Shown: one piece after another, positions 39,250 through 52,712 of the stretch
Layout: each line of letters opens with the position of its first letter
Numbering within the stretch: position 1 is the stretch's first letter
Assembly: GCA_013239625.1 (NCBI GenBank)
Contig: MU053873.1
Span: 1,750,524 to 1,814,523, forward strand
Source: Lama guanicoe
Taxonomy: Eukaryota
DNA: 64,000 nucleotides
Direction of reading: 5' to 3'
The notes under the pieces: model-generated
The model's database searches: none
What the model was told of the DNA's origin: nothing
Seen by the model: only the letters and a program-made list of their open reading frames with translations
Translations under genes and position numbers: made by a program

Positions 39250-39770
39250 GCCCACTCTGTAATTTTCTGCACAAAACCAGAGCGGTCTTATAGCTGAAAC
39301 CAGGTTATGTCATTTCCACCCCCTCCCGCACCATCCTCATCCTGTGTCCCTCCGTCCTCAGGTCACTACAGTTTGCTTTGCTCAGGCCTCTGAGTGGCCC
39401 ACGCAGGCCACATCTTCTGCTATCTTAGGACCTCTGGTCACACCATTCCCTCCATCTGCTGTGTCATTCGCTGTCTCTTTGTGTAGCTGGGCCTCTGCAC
39501 CCTCAGATCCCCCCTGTGGTGTCACTTCCTTGGGGAGGCCTTTCTGAGCCCGTTGCCCCAGGTGCTCACTTGCCCATTGCCCTGTTCCTTAACCTCACAG
39601 CACTCCAGGAAAGGGAATTCTCTTTTCCTTTTGTTGTTTGCTGATCTGTTTTCTGCTGCTCTCCCTGGAAGGTGAGCTCTGGGTGGGAATTGTCCCTGAT
39701 TGCACACCATTATTTCCATGGCCCCTGGCACAATGGAAGTCAGTAATACTTGAGTGGTTGAATGAATGAG
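39250..39770 (+). mobile_element. L2 remnant
   Basis: Ends with cctggcaca...aatacttgagtggttgaatgaatga (L2 3' tail). Confidence 0.6.
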
Positions 39771-42049
39771 GTCCCCGAAGTATTTAAGGTGTATTTCAGT
39801 TGGCTATAAAATGAAAGTTTACTTCCTTTATTTATGGCAAATTAATGTGGTTTTTAAATTCTTCCCTGTGTTTTTCTACATTTTGATATTTATCCACTGT
39901 AGGATGGAGAAGGATGGCAAAATGGAACTTTGAACAGTTTTGTTCATTTTGTCGACAAGAAGATGTAAACATTTCATTGGGAAAAGTGCAGTTTGAAATG
40001 ATTTGCCAAGGTATTATTTATCTCAGGAGCAGGATTGAAAAAAAAAGGCTGTTCCTACATCAGGAGTTCAGGGTACGGTGTGGTCATTTATTATGTGTCT
40101 TTTCAACCTTATAAGCCCTTTATTTCCCTCTACCACAGTGACAGTTGTCTCACTGCAGATAAGTTCACAACCATTGGTATTCTGAGATTAGCTCTTAATA
40201 CTGTCTCCTCGCAACACAATAAATAGAACACTTCAGCTGAATTTTACCGTAAAGTTAAATATTCTTACTGTACATTCAGAGATGGCTTGGGGGAAGAGTT
40301 GTGTATTGGCAAAGAACCTTTGTGTTTTTGGACCTTATGCTATGACTGACTTTTAAGCAGCTGAAATCTACCTTGAAGTTTACCTTGAGGTTAACACTGT
40401 CATGAGTGTTGGTTTATCATGAAAGGGCAACATTTGGTGAATATTTTGGGAGTATAAGAGGAGGAATATCCTTTTTAATTTGTTTGTTTTTGAAGGTCTA
40501 ACTCCATTTTGTTAATTCAGTTAATATTTGTCCCTTTTCCAAGACTCTAAGCTTCCAAAACAGAATTTCCTGCTTGTTACTAAAGTGACTTCCTAAGTGA
40601 TACTGAGGTGAGAACAATGTATGTGCTTTCAGTTGTGCACAAATGGCATACTTGAACTGCCTTGTTAGGAATATATTTAAGTTGCCATCAATGAAAATTC
40701 CTCTCCTTTAAAGTAGAATTGAAATTCAATTTCCATTTATACATTTTACCTAAGTTTAATCTCTTACTTAAATTCATTGAGGAGAGATGTGTTTGTTAAT
40801 GTCCTTGTGTTAAACATAAAAAGCCAGTAAATTTCAAACACAGCTTGCTCAAAGGTTTGGTCATTCTTCACTAAGTCAAAACAAAATGAACTGTTGGAAT
40901 CACATGGTAGAAAAGACACCATGGGAGTAACAGGCATCTGGAAGCAAGATGAAGAAGTCCGAGAGCTTTCTTATGGTTCTGGCTCTTGCTGGACTTCAGT
41001 GACTGCCCATTTTCTTCTGTTTGTGTTAGCAAGTTTTAGAACTTTTGGTGAATATTAAAGTTTTTAAAATGTTGGGCTCTATAGGAATACATGGGTTAGT
41101 TAAAATATGTTTCTGAGCTGATGCACAGCTGTTTTTCTCCTGCTTTTTCTAAGTTGACCAAATGAACCATTGATAATCTGTCATACTTTCAGATGGACAG
41201 GTAATCTTGTAGCTTGTGTTTAAAAAAATTGCCCACATGTAGTACATTATACCCTGATGAGACCTCTCCCACATTTAAAGGGATTTTGGTTTCAGTTCTT
41301 CAGCAATGGAAAAAATAATTCGGACTTTTAGATATTCTTTGGCCTTTAATGTGATGTTATTTTCATTTATCATGGCTTCATTTTTCTGAAGTTATACCCT
41401 TTTGCATGAATTTCCCAAGAGTTCCAAAGAATTAAGTGCTCGAAGAATTAGCCCTCCTTGATTATTATCTTTCAAGGCTGTAAAGGCACAGGTGTGTGCC
41501 CCCAGAATCTTGCTCCTACTGCCATATGTGACAGCAGTGCTTCACCTTCTTTTCCAGTGATCTAATTTGCCACAGTAGTGGAAGCTCCATCTGTGTACCC
41601 ATTCTTGTGTGCTGGGGAGAGAGGGGCAGGGCCGGCCACGCTGCTTTTCTGTGGCTGCACAGCTCTCTGGCCAGTGTGGGGTTCGTTACATCTACCTTGC
41701 TTAATTAGGCTCCAAAATTCAACGTAGGAATGTCTCTGGTCAACTGCTCAATCTTCCTGTGGGGCTAGGAGTCCTCTGTGGGTCTCACGTGTCTTTAGTT
41801 TGTTCTTTCTCTTAGTTTAGGAAATTAAGTTGTGCTTGAAAGTTCTCAGCACCTCTGCTATGGGAAAAATTATATAGGGCTTCTAGTTGGAGGATATCAC
41901 TTTGACATACAGTTACATAGAAACTTAAATGCTGGTTACGAGAAATGAGTTAATGCTTAACTCTCAGTGTTATTGGGGGATTAAAGGGAAGAAAGGCATG
42001 TCAAAGTACTCAGCTGCACGTCAGCTTATATTGAAAAAGCAGTGACTGC

Positions 42050-42250
42050 CATTTATTGAGCTCGCGTTGTACCACACAGTGTGCTGAACACCTCACAGAC
42101 ACTGTCGTTGAGTCCTCTCAGTGACCCTGCAGAGTAGGTAAGGTGAGCTCCATTCATCACATGAGGAAGTTCAGAGGGCCAAGCACTATGCCCAGGGCCA
42201 CACAGCTTCTCAGTGGTGATGCTGGGGTTTGAATCCAGTCTGAAAAGCCT
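42050..42250 (-). mobile_element. MIR remnant
   Basis: catttattgagc...atgaggaagttcagag...tgcccagggccacacagc...gggtttgaatccag. Confidence 0.7.
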
Positions 42251-42965
42251 GTGCAGGTGAAGCTGCTTTCTTCACTGCAGGCTCCTCTCAGCAAATGGTC
42301 ATTTCATTTGCCCTTTTTTGAAGACTGATAAGACTGATTTTCCAGTTGTTTGATAACTGGTTGTGTTTTCTGTTTGTGGTGTGTCCGTGGATGTCCTCTG
42401 CCTGTTTATCTGTTGGGATCTTTTCTGATTATTTGCACAAGCTCATCATGTATTAATTATGTATTTAACTCTCTCCTCCCACCATACTTGAGGCAGCAGT
42501 TGATAATTCGTTTTCCGAGTCTACAGAATTTTATACCTGGATATGTTTTAAAATCTTATTTTCTACATGGTTCCTTCACATTATCATTTTTCTTTAGGTT
42601 TAATCTGTAAAATGTGTTGAGACTTTTATTCAGAGTCATTACCTTATTCTAGGGATCTTTACTGCGTTCAGGTACAGCGTAGTGTGGTCTTTTTTGAACT
42701 ACAGGAGAGAACTTCTGTGCTGTATTATGCACAGGTTGAATGGCTTCGGTTAACCCTTAGATTTCATATCAGGGGAGTAGGTCAGAAGCCCATGAGAAAG
42801 AATTGCTTCTCTTTAGAAAAACAGTCTTCTCTATGGTTAAACATATTCTTAATCACTTTTGTTATTTTTACTTTTATACTTGAGTACTCTTTGAAGCAGT
42901 CTGATAAAAAGCCAACAGAGATGATGGTGCTGTTGAAAATATATCCAGTATTTCTCTCCTCACAG

Positions 42966-43057
42966 CAAAGTTCCTGCATTCGTGAGGATGATTGCTCCTG
43001 AGGGCTCCTTGGTCTTTCACGAGAAAGCCTGGAACGCATACCCCTACTGTAGAACAA
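42966..43057 (+). CDS. PITPNB: PITPNB coding exon 4 ([31 protein letters not shown])
   Basis: cacAG acceptor, 92 nt, GTAAGT donor. PITP signature [10 protein letters not shown] (E85, N89, C94). Confidence 0.98.
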
Positions 43058-43721
43058 GTAAGTCTGGTTCCCAGAAGCCGCTTCCCCCCTTGACCCTGCT
43101 GCTGACCGGGAGAGGGACTCTAGTGCCCACGCCTTAGAGAAGGGTGGCACCAAGCAAGGCCTTCTGTGGGTCCTCAGGTCGTCACTGCACGAGCGATGGC
43201 CAAGGAGAGGCTGCATCAGGTCCCTCCCCCAGGCCTTTGTCAGGGGCACAGGTTCATGCCCAGATGACAGCCACCTTGAGGTCCTCGTTGACCAAGCAGA
43301 CTCCACGGGAGAGCAAATCAAAGGAAAACAAACCTTAAAGAAAGGTCATCCTTACTCAGAAGTGTCATTTGATGTAGCTTCGACAGTATTTTACTTACAT
43401 GGCCACGTAGTAGAGGAGCAGTATGACAGACAGACTTCTGACACGGTTTTCTGTTTGTTAAAGTTAGCTTTTTAAATGATGTTTTGCTTTTGCGACTTTA
43501 TTCCTTTTACTGTTGTTTTAAAATTAGATTATCGACTCCATAGTCTAGTCTGTAGTGTCACTTGTGTAAATTCTGTGTTTTGTAGATACAAACCAAATGT
43601 TCTGTGTTGGCAGGTAGTTTAATCTTTGTGACATTATTAATATTGTGGCAGACTGTTTGGGCTCTGATTAACATTCTGAAATTTTTCCCCTTTTGTTGCC
43701 TGCCTGTTCGTTATGCCTCAG

Positions 43722-43729
43722 TTGTAACG
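43722..43729 (+). CDS. PITPNB: PITPNB coding exon 5, 8-nt microexon TTGTAACG (I-VT)
   Basis: Pyrimidine-rich tract plus tcAG acceptor, GTGAGT donor at 43730. Supplies exactly the 8 nt needed to restore the frame and the sequence CRT-IVT-NEYM. Confidence 0.95.
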
Positions 43730-44241
43730 GTGAGTAAAACTATTTTTATGTTACATACTCTTCGTCTTTAAAATTTGCCTCACATAGTAATTATTTCCAA
43801 CTGTTTCTTGCTTTTTTCTTAAAACTGCCCACCACTGCATGGCTCCCTGTCCGTGCTCCTTGCACCAGCTCACACTCCTCCACGTGCTCCACTGTTTTAA
43901 TGGGCTTTTTCCCTCCGTGGCTCAGCATCTCCCTATTGACTTTACTTTGCTTCTGCTACTTCCTTTGAATGCCAAATACGCTCACCAAACCTCACAGCTT
44001 CTGTAATATTAGCCCTGCACGCTGCATGACAAGCAGGGTTGTTTTAAATTATTTAAAAGCATGCAGCAATTGGTTTGCCTGACAAGTCTGTAAAAATCGG
44101 TGGCTAATGATTCTTTGTCACTTGAGGATCAGTCTTACGGAGTCAGATTATGGATGCCTGTGCTGGGGAAAGCTCCTGCAGACACGAACCCCACAGAACC
44201 GGTGAAAGATCACTGTCATTTTGCTGTTGTGTTTTCTGCAG

Positions 44242-44316
44242 AATGAATATATGAAAGATGATTTCTTCATTAAAATTGAAACATGGCACAAACCAGACTT
44301 GGGAACATTAGAAAAT
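44242..44316 (+). CDS. PITPNB: PITPNB coding exon 6 ([25 protein letters not shown])
   Basis: tgcAG acceptor, 75 nt, GTAAGT donor. Confidence 0.98.
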
Positions 44317-44944
44317 GTAAGTTTTGACTCTGGGCTTTCAGCGTAGAAGCCCTTGGAAGTGGGAATACTATAGTCCATTTTGCCATCACCAAAGTGATGC
44401 CACCTGAGGTTCGATTAGCACCTGGCCACACTGGGCTGTGTGGCAGATGGCAGTGAGGCGAGCATGCAGTCAGAGACCAATGGGACTCCCCTGTCAGTCC
44501 TCTTGCTTTGGTGTGTGAGTGGATTTGGGTGAGGTCGCTGTTTTTATCAGCAGCTCTCTATCTGGGACAGGGAGAGCCTGGATAAACAAAATTCACAGAT
44601 AATCCTTGAGCTAATTTTAGCCATTAATTAAAAACTTTTTTCATCTTTTCATCTGTGTATTTGCCAGAGCTGCTCTACACAGCAGAACTGATTGCTTTAA
44701 TTTTCACATCCGTTCCACTTTGCTGGGATACAGGATCTGATTTCAGAGAAATAGCCAAAAGGCAGGAGGGAGAATGTGTTTTGAATAATTTACGAAAATG
44801 TTGACAGGCTCCTGGCTTTTACAAATTGGTGCGTATTTATCCCTGAAGTAAATTTCAAAAAAAAATCAGTTAAGACTCAGTGTAGCCATTAACTTTTGGT
44901 GAGGTTTGGCAGGGACCTTGGGAGGGCATCTGGTACAGGTCGCT

Positions 44945-45101
44945 GCCCTGGCCCGGTGGTGTGGTCCCTGGAGCAGCAGCATCTGGGAACGTGTTAGAAA
45001 TGCACGTGCTCAGGCCCAACCTCATACCTGCTGAATCAGAATCTTCAGGGGTGGGACCCAGCAGTCTGTTTTCTGGTGCACACTCCAGTTTGAGAACTAC
45101 T
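44945..45101. mobile_element. MER5A (hAT-Charlie)
   Basis: gtgtggtccctggagcagcagcatctgggaac.tgttagaaatgca...tgaatcagaatct...agtttgagaactact. Confidence 0.8.
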
Positions 45102-45207
45102 CTTCCAACCATATAGGCAGTCACAGGAAAGTAAGTTTATGGTAATTGTGGTAGATTCTGTTCTTCCTCTGCTTTTATGTTATTGGTGCCAGTCAATATG
45201 AACTTTT

Positions 45208-45255
45208 TTTTCCCAACATTTTTTTATTGAGTTACAGTCATTTTACAATGTTGTG
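45208..45255 (-). mobile_element. Very short (~50 bp) 5'-truncated L1 3' tip with TSD
   Basis: Reverse complement reads cacaacattgtaaaatgactgtaactcaataaa... It is flanked by tgaactttt at 45199 and 45256. Confidence 0.7.
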
Positions 45256-46011
45256 TGAACTTTTGAATTACAATTTGTAATATTTGGCTTCAGTTTTTCT
45301 TCAAGATAATCATTTGACTTTTCATGTTTTTTCATCGTAGCTCTAAAATTTAGGGTCTAAATGAGGTGGTTTGGTATGCTTTAGTCTGTGTGATTTAATT
45401 TACTGGTTTCAGCTTTCAGATGGGCATATCTGTGGCCAGTTTTAAACAATTCTTAGTGGGTTCATAGATGTAGTTTCAGAAATAAATGATTGAACAACAT
45501 GAAACAACGTGAAGTATCCAGGAGTTGATATATTGAAGCTGAATAGCTTTAGGATAATCAAATTCAGGAGACATTTTAGACCATACAGGGCAGCTTCTTG
45601 AAATCTAATTATAATGTCACCTGCTATTTATCTAGGACTTAGAGGTCACAAGGACTTTGGTCATATATCATTTGGGTTAAACATAGGTCAGGCACAGTTT
45701 TTGATAAACCATTTCTACGGGCTACCAGAAAGTAATGGTGACAGATGTCTGATACTTTGGCAGCATCATCTCTGCTCTCTCCCCCTCTGCCCACCTCCCA
45801 CCCTCACTTAATATTTGAGGTTACAGGGGCAAAAGATTTCTAGATCCCTCCAGCTTTCAGAAAGCTAATTTAATGAAATAGCAATTTGGATTTTTTTTAT
45901 TCCTCATAATGTGCTCTGAGAGACTTGAGATGAAGATTATATATGTAAGTGTGGTGGTTTGCCTAACAGGAGTCTACAGCTTGCTTTGTTTCTTTTCTCT
46001 GTCACTTATAG

Positions 46012-46095
46012 GTACACGGTTTAGATCCAAACATGTGGAAAACTGTTGAAATTGTCCACATAGATATTGCAGATCGAAGTCAAGTTGAACCAGCA
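46012..46095 (+). CDS. PITPNB: PITPNB coding exon 7 ([28 protein letters not shown])
   Basis: Long pyrimidine tract plus tatAG acceptor, 84 nt, GTAAGT donor. Confidence 0.98.
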
Positions 46096-49000
46096 GTAAG
46101 TACTATGTACAACTGGATATTTTAACCTGTTGCCTCTTATATCTAAAAATTATTTTATTTTTTTTTCTTGTATGGCCTACCTTTTTACATTGAGCTAGGC
46201 CTGGAGCCTTCGGTTTGTCTAGATGCAGCAAAAGAGATCAGAGTAGGAGAGAAGGTGATCTGTTCTTTGTGCAGATTTTACCTTTGCACTAATGATCCAT
46301 TTGAGAAATTCCAGTGTACCTGGATGCATAGGGGTTTGTTTTCATTGGGGGAAAGAATCTAAAATTATTTTAGACAAGAATTCTCCCTTGAGCTTTGAAT
46401 AATGAGTCCCTTCTACATTTAAAGTCTAATTAAGAAAGCAAAAACTTACTACATACAAATTTTCAGTAATTCGGAGCTAAAGTTGTCATTTGTGGAACAT
46501 GGTTGATGGTAGAATATCCCAGTTAAACAGTGTATAGCTTTCTTTTTTGAGTCTTACTAGATGTAAATATTTGTACAACAGGCTTTTGACCTAATTAAAA
46601 AGTAAGGACCAAAAGTAAGGACCCTCATTCCTCACTGTCTGCTCCCTGCCAATTAAGACCCTTGTTATTACTTTACTTCAGTTTGTAAATATTAACTCAG
46701 TCCTTGTAGTATGTGGGGCACAGTTGTGGACGTTCTACACATGTTAAAACAACCAGGGTTCCTCTTACTGCGAGTCTTGAGAACTAAAGCTTTGGAGTCA
46801 GAGTGGCACCCTGGTTTTGTTGTGGAAAAGCAGGACATGCTCACTTAGTATCCATTCCCATTTCATTTTTGGTGCTCATCCCTTGAACTTAAGCAGTGTT
46901 GTAAGCTGAACAGAAGTAACCCAAATAGTAAATGTCTGGTTTTGCTGTTGAAATTGAAAGGTAAGCTTTCTGAAACAGAAGTCCCCAACCACTAGCAGAA
47001 TTGCAGGTGCTCATGCCCTCTGACCCAGGAGAAGTCCACCTCCAGGAATTGGTCCTACTCAGTGTGAAATGCCAGATGCATACACAAGATTTTTATAAGG
47101 AAACACTCTGAAGTCTTAAATGTTTCTCCATTGATGCAGAACTGATAGAAAATATTGTGGTTCACCCTTTATGATGGAGTTTAGTGCAGTCATCAGAAGG
47201 GAGTGAGCTCTGTACAGCTAGGGACTCCTTCCCAAGATAATGTGGAGGGAAGAATATGAATAACATGTATAATATGGTTCCATCTGTACTGCTGTAGAAA
47301 GGAGAAAAATGTAACTATACGCATGCATTTTCTTATGTATAGACAGTGAAGCGTGTGTAAGACGGTGGTGACAGTGATTCCTCGGCATATGGGGAAAGCT
47401 GGTGGCTGGGAGGCTGGGAAGAAGAGTTGAGTTCTGGCAGAGATTGCACAGTGGACTGCAGGGACATCCTCTCCTCACTAAGTGTGTTGGTTTTCCGTTG
47501 CTGCGTGACAGATCGGAAATGTAGTGGCTGTGTAATGTGTCCTAATCAAAGGAATGACAGCCCATCACCATTGCCGTAGTCCTTTGGTTGGAAGCAAGTC
47601 ACAGGTTCCACCTGTTACACGAGATTATGACTCATAGGGGTGGGCGTGCTCATCTTAGGATACATCTGCCATACCACTGGCCAGTTTTAGTACCTAAAAC
47701 TTGCTCTTTGAGGATTAAAGTGACTCTAGAATTGGGAGCTTGGTAACTGGGAAATGGACCAATGAGGTGGCTTTCATCAGGGAGACCTGAAGGTGTGATG
47801 GTCTCTAAGTTCAGTCTGGCATCTTAACTCTTGGAGGTTTTAGTCTTATCTGACTGAATTCATTGCTTTTCATTTTATTTTTAATGAACTGGTTTTTTTT
47901 TTTGAATGAGCTAATTTTTCTTAAAATATCATTCCTGGTTGAATTTATGTTCTGCATATTACTTACTTTGAAAGAAATAAAAACAGTTGATTAGTAATTT
48001 TGAGAGGATTAAGTAGCCAAGTCTCCCAAATGAGGACAGATGTGAAATGGTTGGAGTTAAACAACCAAGAAGTTAGAGGTGGAGCTTGAATCTTTGAACT
48101 CCACCTGGTGGGGGGTTTCTGTCACTGCAGATGAATGTAATACAAACACAGCCTGAACATTTTAGTTCAGAGTAACTGTTGACTATTTTGAGTGTTTTAC
48201 TCTCTCTGCTGGTTGCTGGTGTCAGACAGCTTGTATGCTGCTCTCGCTGTGGGCTTGCTGGGTTTTGGTCATACTTATGAACTGTACTTCAACGTGATTA
48301 GACCCACAGTGTAACTGAGTACTTGGGTGGATGCTTTGACATATTTACATAATTGAAGGATGACATTGTCAAAGTAACTCTAGGAACAGGGAGTTGTAAG
48401 AATCTGTCAGTGTGACTCAGGGTCACAGAGTAATGTGCTGTAGAAATCATACATACATTTACTTGTTGCTTGGTTTTTTCATTGGTGACTTATGAGAAGT
48501 CTGAGTAGGACTATTAGCCTCTATAATTTTCTAGAAGCTTCATCACTGCCTCATGAAACAAGCTGAGCAGTCTGGGATTTCTGCATAAATGGTCTCATCC
48601 AGTTTCTTTTGGCCACATGCAAAACAGATTTCCTGTTTCAGTGGAAGGAGGCATTGGAGTGAAGCACTAAGACATTACATCCTTTGGGAAGGAAGGCTTC
48701 TTCTGCTGGGCATTCTAGCAGGGACTGAGCAGAGCACCCTGTGTTCCTGCAGGACATAGTCCTGCCCCCACATCTCCTCCCTCCTCTCGGCCTCCTCCCC
48801 CTACCCCATTGCAAATATAACCCAAGTACTGCTCCTGAAAAGCCTTCCTCAGTCAAATTGGGTGTCCCTTGGGGGCCCAGATTGTACTGTATGTATATCA
48901 TCTCTCTGTTTCTAGGACTCAGCAAGATGCTCAATGTCTGATATTCAGTGCACTTTTCAGTAAAGTTTGGTGGGTCAAAAAGAATTTGCAGCTTTGTTTC

Positions 49001-51852
49001 CTCTGTGGTGTTAAAAGGGGGGGGCAGTGGAGGGGGTGGAGGAAATTAAGTTTTTGCTATTTAAATATTAAATGAACAAATGCTACTTTAGTTCTTCCTT
49101 CACTAATCTTAGATCATAAAGTATATGTGATGTGTCTTCAGTTCTAAAAGCTGTCGTTTCTAAATGAGTGGATGCCTCTGTCAGAGTAAAAAGTGTTTTA
49201 GATCAGATTGTAAGGACGAATCAAGGTATCCAGCATAAAACGTCAGAATGTAAGTTTCAAAGTATTTTTAGTTTCTCAAGTTGTCCCTGATACACAGCCG
49301 CAGTAAAAAGTGGAGACTTCTTTAAACGTCCTGATGAAATGCACATGCAAATCTTCAACTCATTTCCAGAATATACACAAACGAGTCAGTTGACATCTGC
49401 TTCTGCTTTTTTTTAAGGTATAAATTTGAATCTGGCCCCTTTTAATCATCTCCAGCACTTTGTCTAAGTAGCTTTCCAGGATTTGTATACAAAAGTCACT
49501 TCCCAGGAGAGGAAGACTCTTTAAAGTGTAAGCCGAAGTGTACACATGATTAACATCAGAGAGACCTTCGTTTTTGGAAGTAATTTGAAAGAAAATGAGC
49601 ATGGTTTAAAAAGAGAGAGAGAAAGAAATTGGAACCACATTTTTAGATATTTATGTTTAGCCAGAGAGGATTGTACCAGCCTTCCTCTGTAGTATATGCT
49701 GCTGCTTAGCATATGCCGTAGGGCTTTATTTTTATAATTTCCAGTTTTTTATAGAAATAATGTTCAATTCATATTTTTGAGGCTCACAGTTCTAAAAATG
49801 GTATATAGCCTAACATCTGTTTTTTAGAAGTCAGTAATAAGCAAATATTAATGGTGTAAAAGTATTAATTTCTTTGGGAAATATAGTTCAAAAATACAGA
49901 TCTATTCCAAATTACAATGCAGCAAGTTTAAAGAGAGAATGAATTTTTTCCCCTCATGTTTCACCATGTTGGAGTGTATTAATTAGACATAAAAGATGTT
50001 TCCCAGATGAGGCATTTCTAAATCAAGAGTTGCCCAGTTTTGTAACCTTACTGGGGTTTCACTGGTGTTTCGGTAAAAGGAAGAGACACAAGCTAGAAAC
50101 TCACATGCCATATTGTTTCTGGGTCACAGATAGGATGTGCAGGGTATGCTCAGAATGATAAGGTCCTTCATTGCCCTTTTGTCGTGGACATCTCAGTAAG
50201 CTCGTGCTCCTGAGCCCAAGCGCAGATTTCATTCATCTCTCTTCCTTCTTTTGTCCTTTTTAAACCCCCCTCTACCCCAGTTGTTACTCCCATGCCCTCA
50301 TCTTTACCTGCCCATGAGTATAGTTGCCATAATTGCTATGTCATATTTGCCCCAAGTCCTTTTTTCTGGTGCCTCTCTGCATTTGCAAATCCCTGCCGCC
50401 CCAGAAGTGGTGGAGAGGGAGTGTCTCACACTGTGGGCTCAGACCTGTGCCCTGCAGCCCTGACGCCTGCCCCAGTAGCCAAACCTTCTCAGGGCTGTGG
50501 TCCTCAGGTTGGACTCTGGACAGCTCTGTGCCACCGGTTTCCAACAGAATACTTGTGAGCAGCTTTTTCAGCAGGCGCTCCTGGAGCAAAGTGTGGCTCC
50601 AATCACTTGTCACACTTCTTTCCTTGATACCCCAAGGGACGTGGGTGCTCCCAGGTGAGAGGCTGGGGCTGCTGATAAAGTTCACTCTCCCTTGTGGTGC
50701 CTAGAATCACCTCTGCTCCACCCCAGCCCGCTGAGGCAGCCCCTCACCCCCACCCCTTGTTTGGGCTCCTTTGTAGAACATGCCCACCATGGCCATGAGG
50801 CTGTTCTGAACATGTGTGGATCTCAGTTGTGGCTGGTTCTGCCCACTGGTCTAGTTCTCTGAACGTTTTTTGGAGGTCACGAGCTGCTTTTAGGGCTGCT
50901 GAGGCCCTCTGGGGAGCATTGTGGCTAACTCCTAAGCTTGCCTCTCAGAACCTTAGCTAGGTCTGAACCTTAACTAAGGATTCGGGCCAAAACCCTTTTC
51001 ATTCAAGCAAGGTTTGCCTCTGGGCAGCTTGTTAGAAATGCATATTCTTGGCCCCCTCCCGGGTCAGAACCTTGGGGGCTCTGGTCTCTGTCCAGCTCTC
51101 CAGGTGGTCCCTGCTTACTCTTGTGAAGTGCTCTCCTGTACTCTCCGTGGTAAAGACTGTAGAGGGGGCACTCTTCTAGGATTTCGGAAGCAGAAGGAAT
51201 CTCAGTTGGAGGCCATGGTCCAAAACATTCACAGCAATTGTTATTTATACTGTTAAGGAGTTTGAGCTCAGGAAAGAGCTGTAACTCTCCACAAGCCATA
51301 TAACCAGTGGAAGGGGAGCCAGGACTCAAAAGCAGGGCTGCTGACTTAGTTTTGCCTTTCTAGAACATCTCACGATGTTTCTTCCTTTGTGTTATGTTGC
51401 TTAAAAGTGTTCTTAATTTGTTTAAAGTAAACAAGCAGCTTCCCGCTCTCCCGTCCATCTCCCTTAGCCCTCAATGACCAGCAGTTCATCGGTGGCCTTG
51501 GTTACCTTCTCCCGTAACTGCACGCCTTCCGCATATTTGGAAATTTGCATACGTGCAATAGAATAAAAGGATTGGCGATCCTAAGATGTCTTTTGGTGTG
51601 ATTACTTAGAGCACACCACTCACATATTTTTTTAATGTTCATTTAGCAAACATTTATTGGAACTTGCTGTTTGCACTATTGGAGTGGTAAATATTTTTCC
51701 AGATAAAATAATAATTGTATCTGTCTGCAGAAAGTGCAAGATTCTTAAACAGTGAACTTGTTAGAGTGTTTCTAAGTGGCTTGGAGTTAAGTCTGTCCCA
51801 GTTGCTGCTGTGTGTCTCCTGGTGTTGAGCATCCCTTCACCAAAGAGCTTTT

Positions 51853-51964
51853 TTTCTTGCAACTGTCAGAGAGGAGCGCTGGGCTCCAGGGTGTCGGCAG
51901 AGTCCGGGTTTCTTGCAACTGTCAGAGAGGAGTGCTGGGCTCCAGGGTGTCGGCAGAGTCCAGG
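51853..51964. repeat. 56-bp tandem duplication (2 copies)
   Basis: Copies at 51853-51908 and 51909-51964 differ at 2 positions. Confidence 0.95.
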
Positions 51965-52509
51965 TTCCAAGGCTAACTGGAGATGGGAGACTGGAGTTCA
52001 GTGCTTTATTGCGAATCCAAAGACATAATGGGACCGTTGGGCTCGCCCATGGTAATCTTTTCCAGTATGGTACTGTCCAGGAATATGAATTGGTTTTTAA
52101 AGTTTGTACTTTTTGCTTCTTTCTAGCATTGACCATTTGATCTTCAGTTATGGTTCATTTCTTTGGTGAATATTTTGGTAGGCAGAACAATGTCCCATTT
52201 TAGTTGCGAGCAGAAATATGCTAAGCTGTACCTGATTTTCTGAAATCTTGGTTGCCTTTGGAAATGAACATATAAGGCTTGCCTTCCTCTGTCTGCCTTT
52301 CCAGGTGGAGGCCTTTGCCTTTCAAATCCTAGCTCAGGGCTGAAGGTGTATCTCAGACACAGACTTGCATTAACTCAATTCACACAAGCCAGAGCACAAA
52401 CCGGATGCCAGTTCGTTCTTCTGTAGCAGGGACTGTCCCTTCTTCAGACCTAAAATGCACCCTCCACTCCAGGGCATCATTTTCCAGGGTTGGGAACAGA
52501 ATAGCAGAA

Positions 52510-52712
52510 TATTAAGTACATGGGGTCAGGAGCCAGGCTGCCTGGATTCAAGTCCCAACCGTACATTTTAATGTAAGCTCTCTTGAGTTTCAGTTTTCCT
52601 CATTAACAAATTTGGGATAATAACATTGTGGTGAAGGTAATGATTTAATACACGTAAAGAACTTAGAACAGTGCATGGAATAAATTAAGCACCTAATGAA
52701 TGTTAGTAATAA
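52510..52712 (+). mobile_element. MIR remnant
   Basis: ggagccaggctgcctggattcaagtccc...tcagttttcctcat...aaagaacttagaacagtgcatgg. Confidence 0.75.

Noticed and set aside
42782..43321. 179-aa minus-strand ORF over PITPNB exon 4
   Set aside because: Antisense shadow of a coding exon plus flanking intron, with no domain similarity or supporting gene structure.
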